A stretch of 64,000 nt of DNA from the human T2T-CHM13v2.0 reference genome, Homo sapiens, in assembly GCF_009914755.1 (NCBI RefSeq), contig NC_060931.1; one strand, given 5' to 3'. Positions within the stretch are counted from its first letter, which is position 1. Every line of letters starts with the position of its first letter. A program made the position numbers and the translations under genes. Below are positions 43,060-57,954 of the stretch, piece after piece. A model generated the notes under the pieces. It was not told where the DNA came from. It worked only from the letters and a program-made list of their open reading frames with translations, and searched no databases.

Positions 43060-44224
43060 TCTATTGTCTAACTTTCAAACAGTTGAAGGTTTTTTAGTAA
43101 CCTTTTATTTGTTGATTTCGAATGAATTCTGTTGTGCAGAGAACATATTCTGAAAGATTTTGAGCTTTTGAAATTTGTTGATGCTTTATGATGCAGTATA
43201 TGGTTAATTTCAACATATATTTAATATGCATTTGGAAATAATGTGTATTCTGTCATTGTTGATTGCATGATTTATATATGTCAGTTAAGTCTAGTGTTTT
43301 AATTGCCTTGTTCATGTCCTCTGTATTCTTACTTGTTTTTTGTATACTCTTTAGTATTGAGAGAGATGTGTTAAAGTCTACCTCTATGACTGTAGATTTG
43401 TCTGTTTCTCCTTTTAGTTTTGTGATTTTTACTATAAATATTTTGTTTTGTTACTAGTTTTATGGAGATTTAGAATTGTGGTCTCTTCCTAGTAGTTTGA
43501 TTCATTGTCATCATGAAATGTCCCTCATTATCTCTAATAATGCTAGTGCCTTAAAGTCTGTTTTATCTGCTACTAATACAGTTATAATAGCTTTCTTTTA
43601 GCTAATGTTAATATGATGTCTCTTTTTCCATCTTTTACTTTTACTTTTGCTCTTTCTGGGCTCTTATATTTAGAGTGTCCTTGTAGGTAAGATAGGATTG
43701 AATTTTGCATTTTATGTAGTCTGATAATCTTAGTCTTTTAATTATTTAGCCCATTTTAATTAACGTTATTACTATTATATTTGGATTTATAGCTATCTTA
43801 CTGTTCATTGTATGTTTGCTTTTTTCTCTTTTCTTGCCTTCTTAAATATTAATATTTTTATAGTTCCATTTATTCCATGATTCCAGTTTTTTACTTTGTG
43901 AACTTGTGAGTCATATATTCCATTTCTTTATATATGTTTATATATATTTCTATTCTTTTGGCAGTTACCTTTGGTTTATTACAGCTTAATGCAAATTGTA
44001 ACTTTTACTACTTCTCCAATAGTGTTAGAACCATTTATTCCCCCACATCCTAAAACATACTTATATATATATGTGTATATATATATATATATTAAATCTT
44101 ACATTATTTTATTACCATATTTTTTTACAGTAGGTATTTAGGAAATACACATTTATATTTATCCACATATTTACCCTTTCCATTTTACCTTCCTCAGTTT
44201 TGGAAAAATTTTGGTTATTATCTT

Positions 44225-44525
44225 CTTTTTACTTTTTATTTTTATTTTTTAGAGGTTGGGTCTTGCTGTGTTGCCCAGGCTGGAGTGCAGTAGTGCGATC
44301 ATAGCTCACTGCAACCCTGAACTCCTGGGTTCCAGTGATCCTCAGCCTCCTGAGTAGCTAGGACTGCAGACATGCACCACCACACCCAGCTAATTTTTTT
44401 TTTAATTTGTAGATATAGGATCTGGCTATGTTGCCCAGGGTGGTCTCAAACTGCTGGCCTCAGGCATTCCTCCTGCCTGGGCCTCCAAAAGTGTTGGAAT
44501 GACAGGCATGAGCCACCACGTGTGT
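44225..44525 (-). mobile_element. AluJ
   Basis: GATCATAGCTCACTGCAACC, diverged Alu dimer. Confidence 0.85.
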
Positions 44526-46522
44526 CTCCATTATCTTTTTACACTCCAATTACATTATGTTAAACTTTACCAGGCCTCACTTGATTCATATTCTTTCCCA
44601 TGGTTTCTATTCTTCTTTCTCTTTATGCTTCAGCTTGTATGTTTTCTATTGACTCCTTTTCTAGTTCATTAATTATGTCTTATGCTTTGTCTATTCTACT
44701 GTTTAATCCATTGAATGAGTTTTTAATTTCAGGTAGTTCCAGAATTTTTATTTGATTTTTTAAAATAGACTCTAACCCTCTGATTTTAAAAACCTGTCTT
44801 TTTACCTATGTACTTCATTTCTTCTCATCTCTTGAATGTATTACTCACATTTATCTTAAAGTTCTTATTAATTTAGAATTTTGAATTATCTTTATATCTA
44901 CTTTTATGGTCTGCTTTTTCTCTCTTACTCCTTTCTTTGTCATGTATGTTCTATCTTTTGTCACATCTAGAATGTTATTGAATGCCACACAATGTTTATT
45001 AAGTTATTTCTTTAATACTTTTGTTGTTCTTTTAGTACTATCATGTTTACCCTTTTGTCAACCATTTTGTGTCAAAGTATTCATAAGAACATAGTATACA
45101 GTAGAAATAGACCACAGTGGAGTAAACAGATGGAATGCACCACTTAATTTTAGAAAGATATCGCCAACAGTTTACTAGTACCCATGGCCAATAGTGTAGG
45201 TTAATGACCACTTTGCTTTACTAGTGTTCATCTTCCTCCATAAGATTGAGTAGCAGCTGATTGCTTTCATCCAATCAGGGACTGTGCTGAATCCAGACTA
45301 GGTTTTAACCATGGTTAGTCTTGAACAACCTACAGTTTGCTCCTGGCCTTTCAGGGTTTTCAACTTGGATTTGGTATATTTTCTAGCACCCTTCCTCCAG
45401 CAAGCCAAAACAACAAAATGCACTGATTTGGGGGCGACAGTAAACAATCACAGTAACTACTGTTTACCAAAAGCTGGCCGACAGCTGTGAATGTGCACTA
45501 AATGAAAGAGCTCTTCTTCCCTGCCTTCCTCTTTTACTCTGACACTAGATTGCATATTCAAAAACAAATCCTCCAAAATACATATTGTTTTGAAAATATT
45601 TTATGAAAGAAAGAAAGTGGATATGATGCCCACATTTTGTTGTTTTAGCTAAGTAAAATGATTTATTGTCTGTTATCTCCAGTGATGGTGATTGTCTTTA
45701 GAAGAGGTTAGGAAAACAATATCCTCCAAAGATTCATATTTAACATTAGATTTTGTGATTTTTAAATCTTAGTATTTACAGAACCAAATCTTCTGTTATA
45801 TTTCAGGTCTAATCTCAAAATTAATATTAATAACAATTTAAAATTTTCATAAATCAATCACAAAACATCTGTATCTTAACATGATAAGAAAATATATTTA
45901 ATTTATACGTGGACGATATGCTTTTTGCAGGAAAAATATTAGATTCAGCCTTCATCACTAATAATGGAAATTTTAATTATAATAATTTTTATTTAAATTA
46001 GATTTATTTTATAGTTAAGGCTAACATTGCCAGAATTCAAACCCAAATATATCTGGTTTCAAAACATATATATATATTTTTAAAACTGTGCTGTCTTGAT
46101 TGTCTGTGATACAAGTCAGCTGATGTGTGTGTTTGCATAGACAGAAACTGGGACCTTTCATTTTCGTAGCATTCTAGTGTTGATAAACCATGAAGACTAT
46201 ATGTTATGGTTTTTTTCTGTTCTTCACGTTGTTCTATTGCTGCTTTTAATGTCTAGCTTACTAGGAAGCTCACTATGTTAAAGTATTCTATTTGAATATT
46301 TTCATTTGTTCTTGGATAAAGAATAATTGGATTCCCAAGGGATATGTGATCCAAGTATATAAAGTGTTCTTTATTAAAATAATTTTAATTGGGAGTTCTT
46401 TCATATGAGATTAAACCAATGTATTTTAAGATAGGAAGTTTTCTTGGTTTGATGGCTTACTAATTTTAGATGAATCTTTTTGGAAAGTTTTGCCTTATTT
46501 ATTTATTTATTTAACATATATA

Positions 46523-46588
46523 TTTTATTATACTTGAAGTTCTAGGGTACATGTGCATGAAGCTGGAAACCATCATTCTCAGCAAACT
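46523..46588. mobile_element. Miniature inverted L1PA insertion
   Basis: Antisense L1PA terminus TTTTATTATACTTGAAGTTCTAGGGTACATGTGCA fused to sense TGAAGCTGGAAACCATCATTCTCAGCAAACT. Confidence 0.8.
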
Positions 46589-46804
46589 GTCTTTTTTATT
46601 TTAAGAGTGTGCTTCTAACGTTATTTTTTATGTTTGGCAATCTGCTGTCATCAGTCTGCTTATATAGCAATACAAGATGTTAATAATATAGTATTTCCAT
46701 TCTTAAGTGTCTAGATTAACAATTCTCTTTTAAAATAAATTTTGACAGTACAGATTGAGAAAATATTTTAAATACACATCTGTCTCTTTATTTAATTTTT
46801 AAAA

Positions 46805-48078
<1,274 letters not shown>

Positions 48079-48944
48079 TGATGTAAAATATAAGAGAGAA
48101 AATAGGCCTTCCAGTGAACAGATATCTCTGGGTATTGTGCTTATTATCACCTATAGTCACTGCTTATATTATGTTTGGTGTGGATTGTGTCATGTCTCTT
48201 GGAAGCCATCTCCTTGTTGATCATTGATGCTGACTGTTATTTTAATGGCAGAGGATAATTACCTCACCCCTGTGTTAGAGACTACTAACAGCAATGACAT
48301 ATAATAAGGAATATTGTAAATTTGGTTTGAAATAGTGGAGAGTTCTCTGTCTCATATTTTGGATACTTACGTTCTATTAAAAACATCACTCTTATTAATG
48401 ACTTTAACCTTTGTGAGCCCTTTTAAGTTTTGAAATGTGATGATTCTAGATGTTTTCATGTACATTAGTTATCTTCAGATATCATTCCATATAAAGGGAT
48501 ATAACATGGTATAGATAAGAAGATCTATTTTATTTGAACATTTTTTTTCCTGAAGCATATTGGATAAATGGCCAAATAATATATGCTTGTTGTAAAGGGA
48601 TAGGAATATAATTTTTTTTACTACTTATTCTCTCTGTGTATATATGGATATATATATATTAATGCAGAACATTAAATATTAAAGATGAATTTTCACTATA
48701 AAAATAATTTCTAATAAAAACTATAGACATTAAAGAAAATTATTTTTGATTTGTCCTCACATTTAAAATTTTTAAGTTATTTTTAATTATAATTATGTTA
48801 CAAATCTATGAACTATGGAAGGAATTAATGTAATATGGATGTAATTAATATGTTTTAAACAGTTTTGGTAACCATCTCATTTCTCTTGCTATGATGACAA
48901 AGGGAAAAAGGTAGTCCATGCTTTCTTAAGTTTTAAGGTTTTAG

Positions 48945-49282
<338 letters not shown>

Positions 49283-51074
49283 TAAGCTAACAAAAATTTC
49301 CTTGGACTTTGAAGGTGGGAAAGAGAATCTTTTTAAATAGAGACATTTCAAAAACTGCATTTCAAAATCTTAATTATAAGTCTCTTTTATATAAACTTTT
49401 GATTTTTAATTTTTATGTAAAAGCTGTTACTTAGACTTGATTTGATATTTTTAGACATTCATCAAATTGTCATTTCATTATTTAAAAATCATTCCTTTTT
49501 AGGAAACAGATGACTAATATTAATGTCATCATTATCAGGAAATAGCTCAGCATCTGTGTGATATTTCTTAGATATATTAAAATTCTTTCTACAGGTTTGA
49601 TTTTTATAGCACATCTTAGTTACTGTGTTATGAAGGACAGATTCTCATTACTCTGGCATATACTCATGACTAGCTATATGATTTTAGAGAAGTGAGTATT
49701 GAGTGGGAAGAATCGGTTAGCTGAAAGTGAAGCATAGACTCTAAGGGATTGATTTGCCTTCTGAAATTTTGGGTTGTGTTGGAGGGAGGAGAGCAGGATA
49801 TGAATGATGAAGCAAAGCTGGAGAACATTATTTTTCTTCATTACTGACTTTGATATAATAGAAATTTTTGTAATGCTTTCTCACCCTTAAATGTCTTTAT
49901 GCTTGAAAATCATAGAAATTGTGTCTAAGGATATGCTTTGGGATATTTGGACTTCGCTTTTGTTTTAGTTTTTAGTTAGCTGTTGAGTTTAAAGTAATTT
50001 AGTGCTCTGATATTTGACATTTTATGTTTTTATGACACAGATAGTATCTTCTGTAGGAACGTAACCTATGAGTAATGTAGAAAAATATTTGTGCATTTTG
50101 TTGACTACTGATTGATCCATATAGGTCTCTTGATGATATGAAAATATATGCACTAATAGCCATGGCTTTTTCTTCCCACTACATTTTACAAAGTAAATAG
50201 TTTGTTAAGTAATCTAGTGTTATTCCTGGAGAACATAGTGACTAAAATCTTATCAGACTGTTAAAGGTGGAAATTGAGTTCTAACCTAGATTTTTATTTT
50301 TGATGAATTAAGCACTTTGTTAATTTTGTTTTCAAATATAAGTTTTGGTGTATTTTATGGAGATGCATTACTATCTTAAATGGCATAATTTTTACAAGCA
50401 GTAGATTATTCCTTCCTTGAGCAGTGTGGATGCAGAGTTAGCTTTCTTATTCCATTCTACTGAATGAAGATTAGAGAAATACATTCAGAAATTTCCTTCT
50501 ATTCAGGTCAAAGGTGGAGGTGGAGGTGGAGATTGTGTGCTTTTTATTTATTCATTTTAGAAACATTTCTCATTTCCTTTTCCTACACACTGTACTTATT
50601 ATTTCTTATTAAAAGTTTGCCAGGGATTGGCAGCATTATTCTTGTGTATTGTCACTGAGATGGACGTAGGAAATAAAAGTTTTCAAGTCCCTTTTAAATC
50701 TGTTTTCTCTTTATCTTTTTGTTTCTATCCATTTACTATGCATTACATCTGGCATTTGTCTAACTTGACTATCCGTTAGGTACAAGAAACTAACTTTATC
50801 AGTGTTACTTCCTATATGTTATTTCCCGTTATTGCATGATAATTTATTCCATTGAGCTCCAGTTGCTGTTGTAGATAATACTATGTAGTTGAACATTAAT
50901 CTATCTCAGCATTCCTCAATCAGGGTTCATCTGAACCAAAGAAGACTGAAAATTATTTGAGTGATTATATTTTCCATTATCCCATATATATGTAATGGTA
51001 TGTAATTTGTATCATTCTCGTTTCATAGGAGAGTTATTTCATTACACAACAAGAATGCCATAGGGTGGCATTTC

Positions 51075-51463
51075 TGAAAGTGTACTTCTGGACCCAGATG
51101 CTTTCAGAGGTCCACAAAGTCAAAATTATTTTCTTAAGTATTCTAAGACATTATTTGCCTTTTAAAATTTCCATTCTCTTTTGTTGTTGTTATTGTCATT
51201 TTCTTTGTCTTTTTTATTAAAAATTCCCATTTTCTAAGAAGTGTATGCTGGAGTTTTCCAGAAGCTACATAATGTGTGCTATTATAATAGCTTGAATGCA
51301 AAAGCAGTAATATAATCTAATTGTCTTCTATTAAACACATTAAAGATATTTGCAAACATGTAAACATTGCTACATTTTTCTTTTGGAAAATATAAGTTTC
51401 ATAAAAATATATTTTTATGCAACATGTAATGAATTTATTTTGTTTATAATTAGTAAATAAATG
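51075..51463. mobile_element. hAT-Charlie-like DNA transposon remnant, resuming at ~52754-52815
   Basis: GGTCCACAAAGTCAAAATTATTTTC...GAGTTTTCCAGAAGCTAC...TCTTCTATTAA motifs; family assigned by recollection. Confidence 0.6.
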
Positions 51464-52753
51464 CAGGCAGTTCTTACTTTGCATGGTTCCAGTATTTCAT
51501 AATTTAGTTAAGTAACATCAGTCCTACAATAACGTGGTTTCAATTTGAATTACCATTGTAATTCAGTTGTGAGTAGTTGCATAAAATACACATTTTGCCA
51601 CTAGCTCTTTAGTCCACAAACCATTACATAACTAACAAATACACATCATGATCAGACACCAATAATATCACTTCTTTCAAAGTCTGTCTAGGATTTGTCC
51701 CTATGCATCTGAAAATGGATAATCAAAAAGAGTAAATTGGCCAACTTGCAGAGATGAAAGTACAGAAAAGAAATGGAAAATGATAGGCCAGGCACGGTGG
51801 CTCATGCCTGTAATCCCAACACTTTGGGAGGCCAAGGCAGGTGGATCATGAGGTCAAGAAATCGAGACCATCCTGGCTAACATGGTGAAACCCCGCCTCT
51901 ACTAAAAAATACAAAAAATTAGCCGGGCTTGGTGGTGGGCGCCTGTAGTCCCAGCTACTCAGGAGGCTGAGGCAGGAGAATGGCGTGAACCGGGGTGGCA
52001 TAGCTTACAGTGAGCCAAGATCACACCATTGCACTCCAGCCTGGGTGACAGAGCGAGACTCTGTCTCAAAAAAAAAAAAAAAAAGAAAGAAAGAAATGGA
52101 AAATGATAATGCTCAAAGTGAGATTTGCATGAATATAAAGGGAGTTACAGAAGAAATCATTGATCATGGGAATGTGCACATTTCTCCTGTTTAAGAGAAT
52201 CTAGATATGCAGCCAAAGGAACTTAGTGGAGGCAAATGTTCATATAAAAATGAGGAAAGTGGTTGCAACAGAAAGGATGAAAATGTCCCAGAGGAAGTGA
52301 CACTGACAGAACACTTCACATTAAAGGGCTTCTCAGAGGTATTTCACAGCATTGAAAGTGTAAAGGAAAACATATTGGAAGCTAGTTCAAGAAATATGGC
52401 AGTTTGCCAAAAGACAAAAAAAAAAAGAGGCTTACACTATATCTTAAGTTGTATAAATGAGAAGAATGAGGCAAGCACTGTTCAGATTACTCTTCATAAG
52501 TTTCTTACAGAGAAGTAAAACACTTGAATTCTCAGTGTTTCTAATGTTTTAAAGTGTACTAAATAAATGTTTTAGTATTTTTTATTTCCCGATATAACTG
52601 GTTGTAAGAAAGTTTTTAATGTTTTGACAAAAATTTATAAAGGTCACAGGAAAATTATAATTTTTACTTAATTATAAAGATTATTTTGCATGGTTTCAAC
52701 TTGCAGAGTTACTGTTATGGTCCTGTACTGCTGTGCTAAGTGAGGACTGCCTA
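51464..52753 (+). mobile_element. TcMar-Tigger DNA transposon (Tigger6-like), internally deleted
   Basis: TIRs CAGGCAGTTCTTACTTTGCATGG and CTGTGCTAAGTGAGGACTGCCTA; TG/TA flanks; ORF 52207-52518 resembles an acidic Tigger transposase C-terminal remnant. Confidence 0.78.
51786..52090 (+). mobile_element. AluY inside the Tigger element
   Basis: TSD AAGAAATGGAAAATGATA on both sides. Confidence 0.92.
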
Positions 52754-53574
52754 TATTTAAAATCTTTTAGTTCAATTTCTAATATGGTGAATACTAGATA
52801 TAACCTATATAAACAAATCTTTCTATATTTCCCTTTATGCCTGTCTCCTGTATTTTCTGTCCGGATTGAATAGCATAACTATCAAGAGTAAAACCTTAAA
52901 AAAAGCTTGTACTCTTTTATCTCCTTTATAGTTTTTATTTCTAATTCTTTAACAGCTCCCCTTATCTTCTTGATTCCCCACTGTCTTAGGCACTCATATA
53001 CCATCCTTTATAGGATATTACTATAAAGAGCATGAGGGAGTTGTTTGAGGTGACAGGACTGTTTTGTATCCTGATTTTGATAGTGGTTATATGAATCTAC
53101 ACATGTTAAAACCCATAAACTATATGTTGGGTCTTGCCATGATAGGACGTTTAAACATTTATTTACCATTCTTTCAAAATAGAGCTTACAAATAAATCAA
53201 CAGGTACCTACTGGGTACAACGTTCAAAGCATTGTCCTAGGTGCTGAGGGAGATACATAGTTCAGAAAGCGTGGTTCTGCCTGAAGGAATTGTGTCCTAA
53301 TAAGATGAAGATTGAAAACACAAATGGTAGCAGTAAGATAAATTGTAATTTTCTCTTAAGGGAAATAAATGCAAATAAAATGTTTGTTTGTGCTAGGAAT
53401 ATGCAGGTGGATAATTCTCCATTGAGAAGATGACATTTGAGTTGAGACTTGGAAAATACATTGATTTTTGACAGTCAAAAATAGAGACAAAGGACATTCT
53501 GATAAGGAAAAATATAGTACACTTTACAGATTTGCAGGTTTTGCTATTTATAAGCTCATAAAAATTTTGGATGT

Positions 53575-53938
53575 TGAAATGGTTTGTCTGTGACCCCATC
53601 CAAATCTCATCTTGAATTGTAGCTCCCATAATTCCTATGTGTTGTGGGAGGGACTCAGTGGTAGGTAATTGAATCATGGCAGCGGGCCTTTCCCATGCTG
53701 TTCTTGTAGTAGTGAATAAGTCTCACAAGATTTGATAGTTTTATAAAGGAGAGTTCCCCTACACATGCTCTCTTGCGTGCTGCCATGTAAGACAACCCTT
53801 TACTCTTCCTTCATCTTCTGCCATAATTGTGAGGCCTTCCCAGCCATGTAGAACAGTGAGTCAATTAAATCTCTTTCCTTTATAAATTACTCAGTCACGG
53901 GTAAGTCTTTATTAGCAGTGTGAAAACAGACTAATACA
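53575..53938 (+). mobile_element. THE1 solo LTR
   Basis: CCAAATCTCATCTTGAATTGTAGCTCCCATAATTCC...ACAGACTAATACA; TSD GATGT/GACGT. Confidence 0.92.
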
Positions 53939-54143
53939 GACGTATTCTTCTCATTAATGCTCACGTCCTATTTTATTCTATTTTGTGCTCAGAAACTCTC
54001 AAAAGCATTTGAGTCTGCAGCTCAAATTTCTTACAAGTAGTATTACTGTTTTTGAGTATTTTGGAGTTAATTTAGTTAGGTCACATTTTGATTTTAATGG
54101 GGACAATTAGCTATTTCTGAGTCTTAGTTTTTTCAGTAGATAC

Positions 54144-54500
54144 TTTCTTAGTCCTTTCAGGCTGCTTTAACAAATTGTCTTAAACCAGGTAATTTATAAA
54201 CAACAGAAATTTATTGCTCACAGTTCTGCAGGCTGGGAAGGCTGAGATCGGGGCACCATCAGATTGGGTGTCTGGTGAGAGCCCATTCCTCATAGATGAC
54301 ACCTTCTGTGTGTCTTTACATGGCAGAAGAGGCAAACAAGCTCCCTCAGGCCTCTTTTATAAGAGTACTAATTCTGTACATGAAAGCTCTGCCCTCATTA
54401 TCCAATCACCTCCCAAAGGCACCCACCCTTAATACTATTGCTTTGGAGATTAGGTATCAACATATGAATTTTGGGAGTACACAAACATTCTGACCAGAGG
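54144..54500 (-). mobile_element. MaLR solo LTR (MLT1A/MSTD-like)
   Basis: TAATTTATAAACAACAGAAATTTATTGCTCACAGTTCTG...ACACAAACATTC. Confidence 0.85.
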
Positions 54501-54690
54501 AAATAGGAAATATATCAATAAAAAGACTCCTTTCTGTAAAAATTTCCATTTACAGAGTAAATTTGAATAAATGGGGTTTTTCAGATGTTATACTCTTGTA
54601 AAATATTTTTACAACTCTTCCCCAAATTGCCTTCCTCCCATTTTTTTCATACTTAGGGAATGAATCAACTCTGCCTAAAAGCAACAATAA

Positions 54691-54882
<192 letters not shown>

Positions 54883-57800
54883 TAGAAATCATACAGTCTG
54901 TGTGACTTAGATAGCCAACATTCTATAATGTGAAATGTCAAATCTTTTGGCCTGTGTGACTACGAAAGAGCCTCTGTTCTCAGATTTACACCTATTTCTG
55001 GGATGCATTGAAAATGTTGTGTTAATTGCCACATACAAGGAGAAAAGTGACTTTCCATAAGTAATTAAAATAAAAGCTTAAATTGAAAGGAAGCGCATCC
55101 CAAAGGTTACTAGATGGTGTTTTAATCAATTTACAGAGAAGCATTCCAGGCATTATGTTTATTTGTTTAGCATCTACTTTCTTAAACTTAGGTATCTTTG
55201 TAAATGTTTTAGCAGGTAGTAGGTTAAAAAAGAGGTATGTAAGAGACATGCTTGTCTTTGATTTTCTTAAATCAAAAAGTATACTTACATTAGAAATATA
55301 ATTCTCAACAATTTAAAGGGGAACTTGGAAGCTATACTCTCTGAATTTTAGATTCTTTAAATTAAAAAGATCTATAAAATATAGTTGCTAAAATTCAAGA
55401 AGTATTATATAGTATAAATCTTAGTAACAATAAGTACTAACTTTATCACATTAATCCCATTATCTGGTCTTCCTAAAGCAAACTTGATCATCAGATATTT
55501 TCACTTAAGTTTTTTATTATCTTTACAATCTTAATGATACAGTTTCACATCAGTAGTAGTAACTTGCTTTGGTAACATAACTTATGAGCATCTCAGGCGT
55601 ACTGTGAAGATTAATTCTATTCTGTACTTTTTGATGCTGAAAGCATCCAGGTTTTAATATAAGTGTTTAAATGAGTTGAGCAGTACTGTGGGCCCAGAGC
55701 AAAGGATTGAATTGAAACTACATGGGAGAAAAAATATGAATTCATTTATCCCTCTGCAATTTAAAACGGGGTTTGTAAAATTGCTAATGCTTTTTTCTGT
55801 TAAATTTGGTTGTTTTGCATTTTAAAAGGGTTTTTTTTGTCCTTTTTGCTGTTCTGTGTTTCCTAAATTTTCTGCCATTAATGTTACCTTTTATAAGAAA
55901 ATAAAATTTTTATAAAAGCAAAGGATATGGTAGTATTTTGAGATATTATTAGATACTATATTGTGTGATGATCGTATTTTTAAATTTTATGCATAAATTT
56001 ATAAACAATGCCTAACTAAAAAGCATATGGAATAGAATAGACTCTGATGTACCTTGATGTTCATGAGAATTTTACCTTAAAACCTAATTCCCTTGATCTG
56101 GTATATCATTTAGCATATGATTCTCTCACAAAAACTATCAATAGAAAACTATCAATAGCAAATGAACAGTAAGGCTATGTTGAGACTCCCATGCCAAGTG
56201 GTTGGGTAGACTCACTACTATGTAAGTGGATGCCTCCTGCGCACTAATCTGCCATCTTCTGAGTTGTGCTTCAGCAAAATATAGATCACACCCCTTCAGA
56301 ATTATTTCTAAACAATCAAATCCATTAATGTTATTTCTGAATAATACTATAATGCAAATAGAATCCCCAGTTGATTTATGGATAAGAATTCTACTTGTGT
56401 GACTAAGATATAGTAAGAAAGCTGATACAGTACGAATTGTGTTAATTTTTTAAGCTAGGTAAGTTAATTTAAAAATTTCTGTCAGTTGACTCTTGTGGTC
56501 ACTGATATATATATATATATATATATATAGTAGGAAGTATGAAATAATCTGTAACTTTTGAGATGAGGTATTTTAAAGATCCAAGCATCTGGGACTTTCA
56601 TATATTATTTCCTATTTTTTGGTATTTTAATATATAGCAAATTGCTTTTACTTTTGGAGAAGTCATGATTATTTTGATAGTACACTCTTCACTTATGATT
56701 TAGTTACATAGCAACTAATTTTTCCAGTGTTTTCCTTTACAGAAGTACAAATTAAAATTTTATAACTTTGCGTGTTTCTAAGATCTACTTTTCTACAACT
56801 ACTGGTTATTTTTGAAGTAAAAGGACATTTGTTTTCAACATTAAACTTTTCCAGAGAGAGATAAAATCTCCCCCAGACACAGTATAGGCTGTGCTGATAC
56901 AGGCAAAGTGAAGAGCTGAGACAGTTACTTTACTCTAAAAGCCCCGTTATTGAAGAAAAGGAGGCTTTTAAAATCAGATATATTAATATTATTTGCAGTA
57001 ATCTCTCAATAAGATGTTGATCTTACTTTCCTAGGATATAGCTGAGAAATAGGAATTAATAACAATATTAGAATTGAAAGAGATCTTTGTTCAGGTCCTT
57101 CAGTAATTTTTGAACTTTTATTTATTTATTTAAAGCATAATACTTCTCTCCACCCTAACCCTACCACTCTAATAAAAGCCACTGCAAAAGCTGGATAAAT
57201 ATGTAGAACATTTTGTTGAAGCCAGGTTGGAGAAGTTAGGCATTTTGCCTGCTCAGCAACAATTGCAACCTATTCAAAACTCCATACATAGTACCACTTC
57301 AGCTAGCACAAAGGATCACAGATTGAGAAGCACTACTGTTTTCTAGCCTCTTTCCTGCTGAAGCAATCTACTCAACAGTATTTCTAACAGGGGGACATAT
57401 AGTCTTTGCCTTAACACTTCTGATCTCTGAGAACTAAATAAAGCAGTCCATCAAGTTATTGGACAGGTTAGATTATTTGAAAATTCTTATGTATATGAAA
57501 CCAACCTATCATATTGTGCTTTGGTCTTTTTTCTGCTACTTTTTTTTCAAATGCGAGCCTAATACCAATAAATATTAAAATATAGCTATTTTATAATCCT
57601 TTTCCCAAGTTCCCTCTTTTCTTTCTCCCAGGTAAGGTATTGCTAGTTTCTTTAATCTTCTGGAACCACCACAGTCTTACTTAGTCTTCTGGCTTACCAC
57701 TGATTTGTTAGTATTGCTCTTAAAAATCTGGTTCTCAGAGCTGAGTAAAGTGCTTCAGATAGGCTAAACTCTGTATTAGTCAGAATTTAAGATTACATAG

Positions 57801-57954
57801 ACTTTTGGTTCACATTGAAATTGAGGCTGAGTAAAATCCCAAGGCTTTTAAAAAATTGAACTATAGCTTATATTTTATTTCTCTAAGTTAGTTTGCCTGA
57901 GCTGAAGTTTGATAGGGATAAATGCAGTATTTTTTTTCTTCTTTTTCCACTTCA

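Larger units (their letters stand above)
39490..45000 (-). mobile_element. Long degenerate L1M, interrupted by THE1 and Alu insertions
   Basis: T-rich antisense L1 motifs throughout (e.g. TGAGGTTCATCCATTTTGTTGCATG, TTGGAAGAATTCACCAG). Confidence 0.75.

Noticed and set aside
52207-52518. Possible domesticated transposase gene
   Set aside because: Only a short C-terminal-like remnant in a deleted, Alu-interrupted Tigger; no catalytic domain visible.
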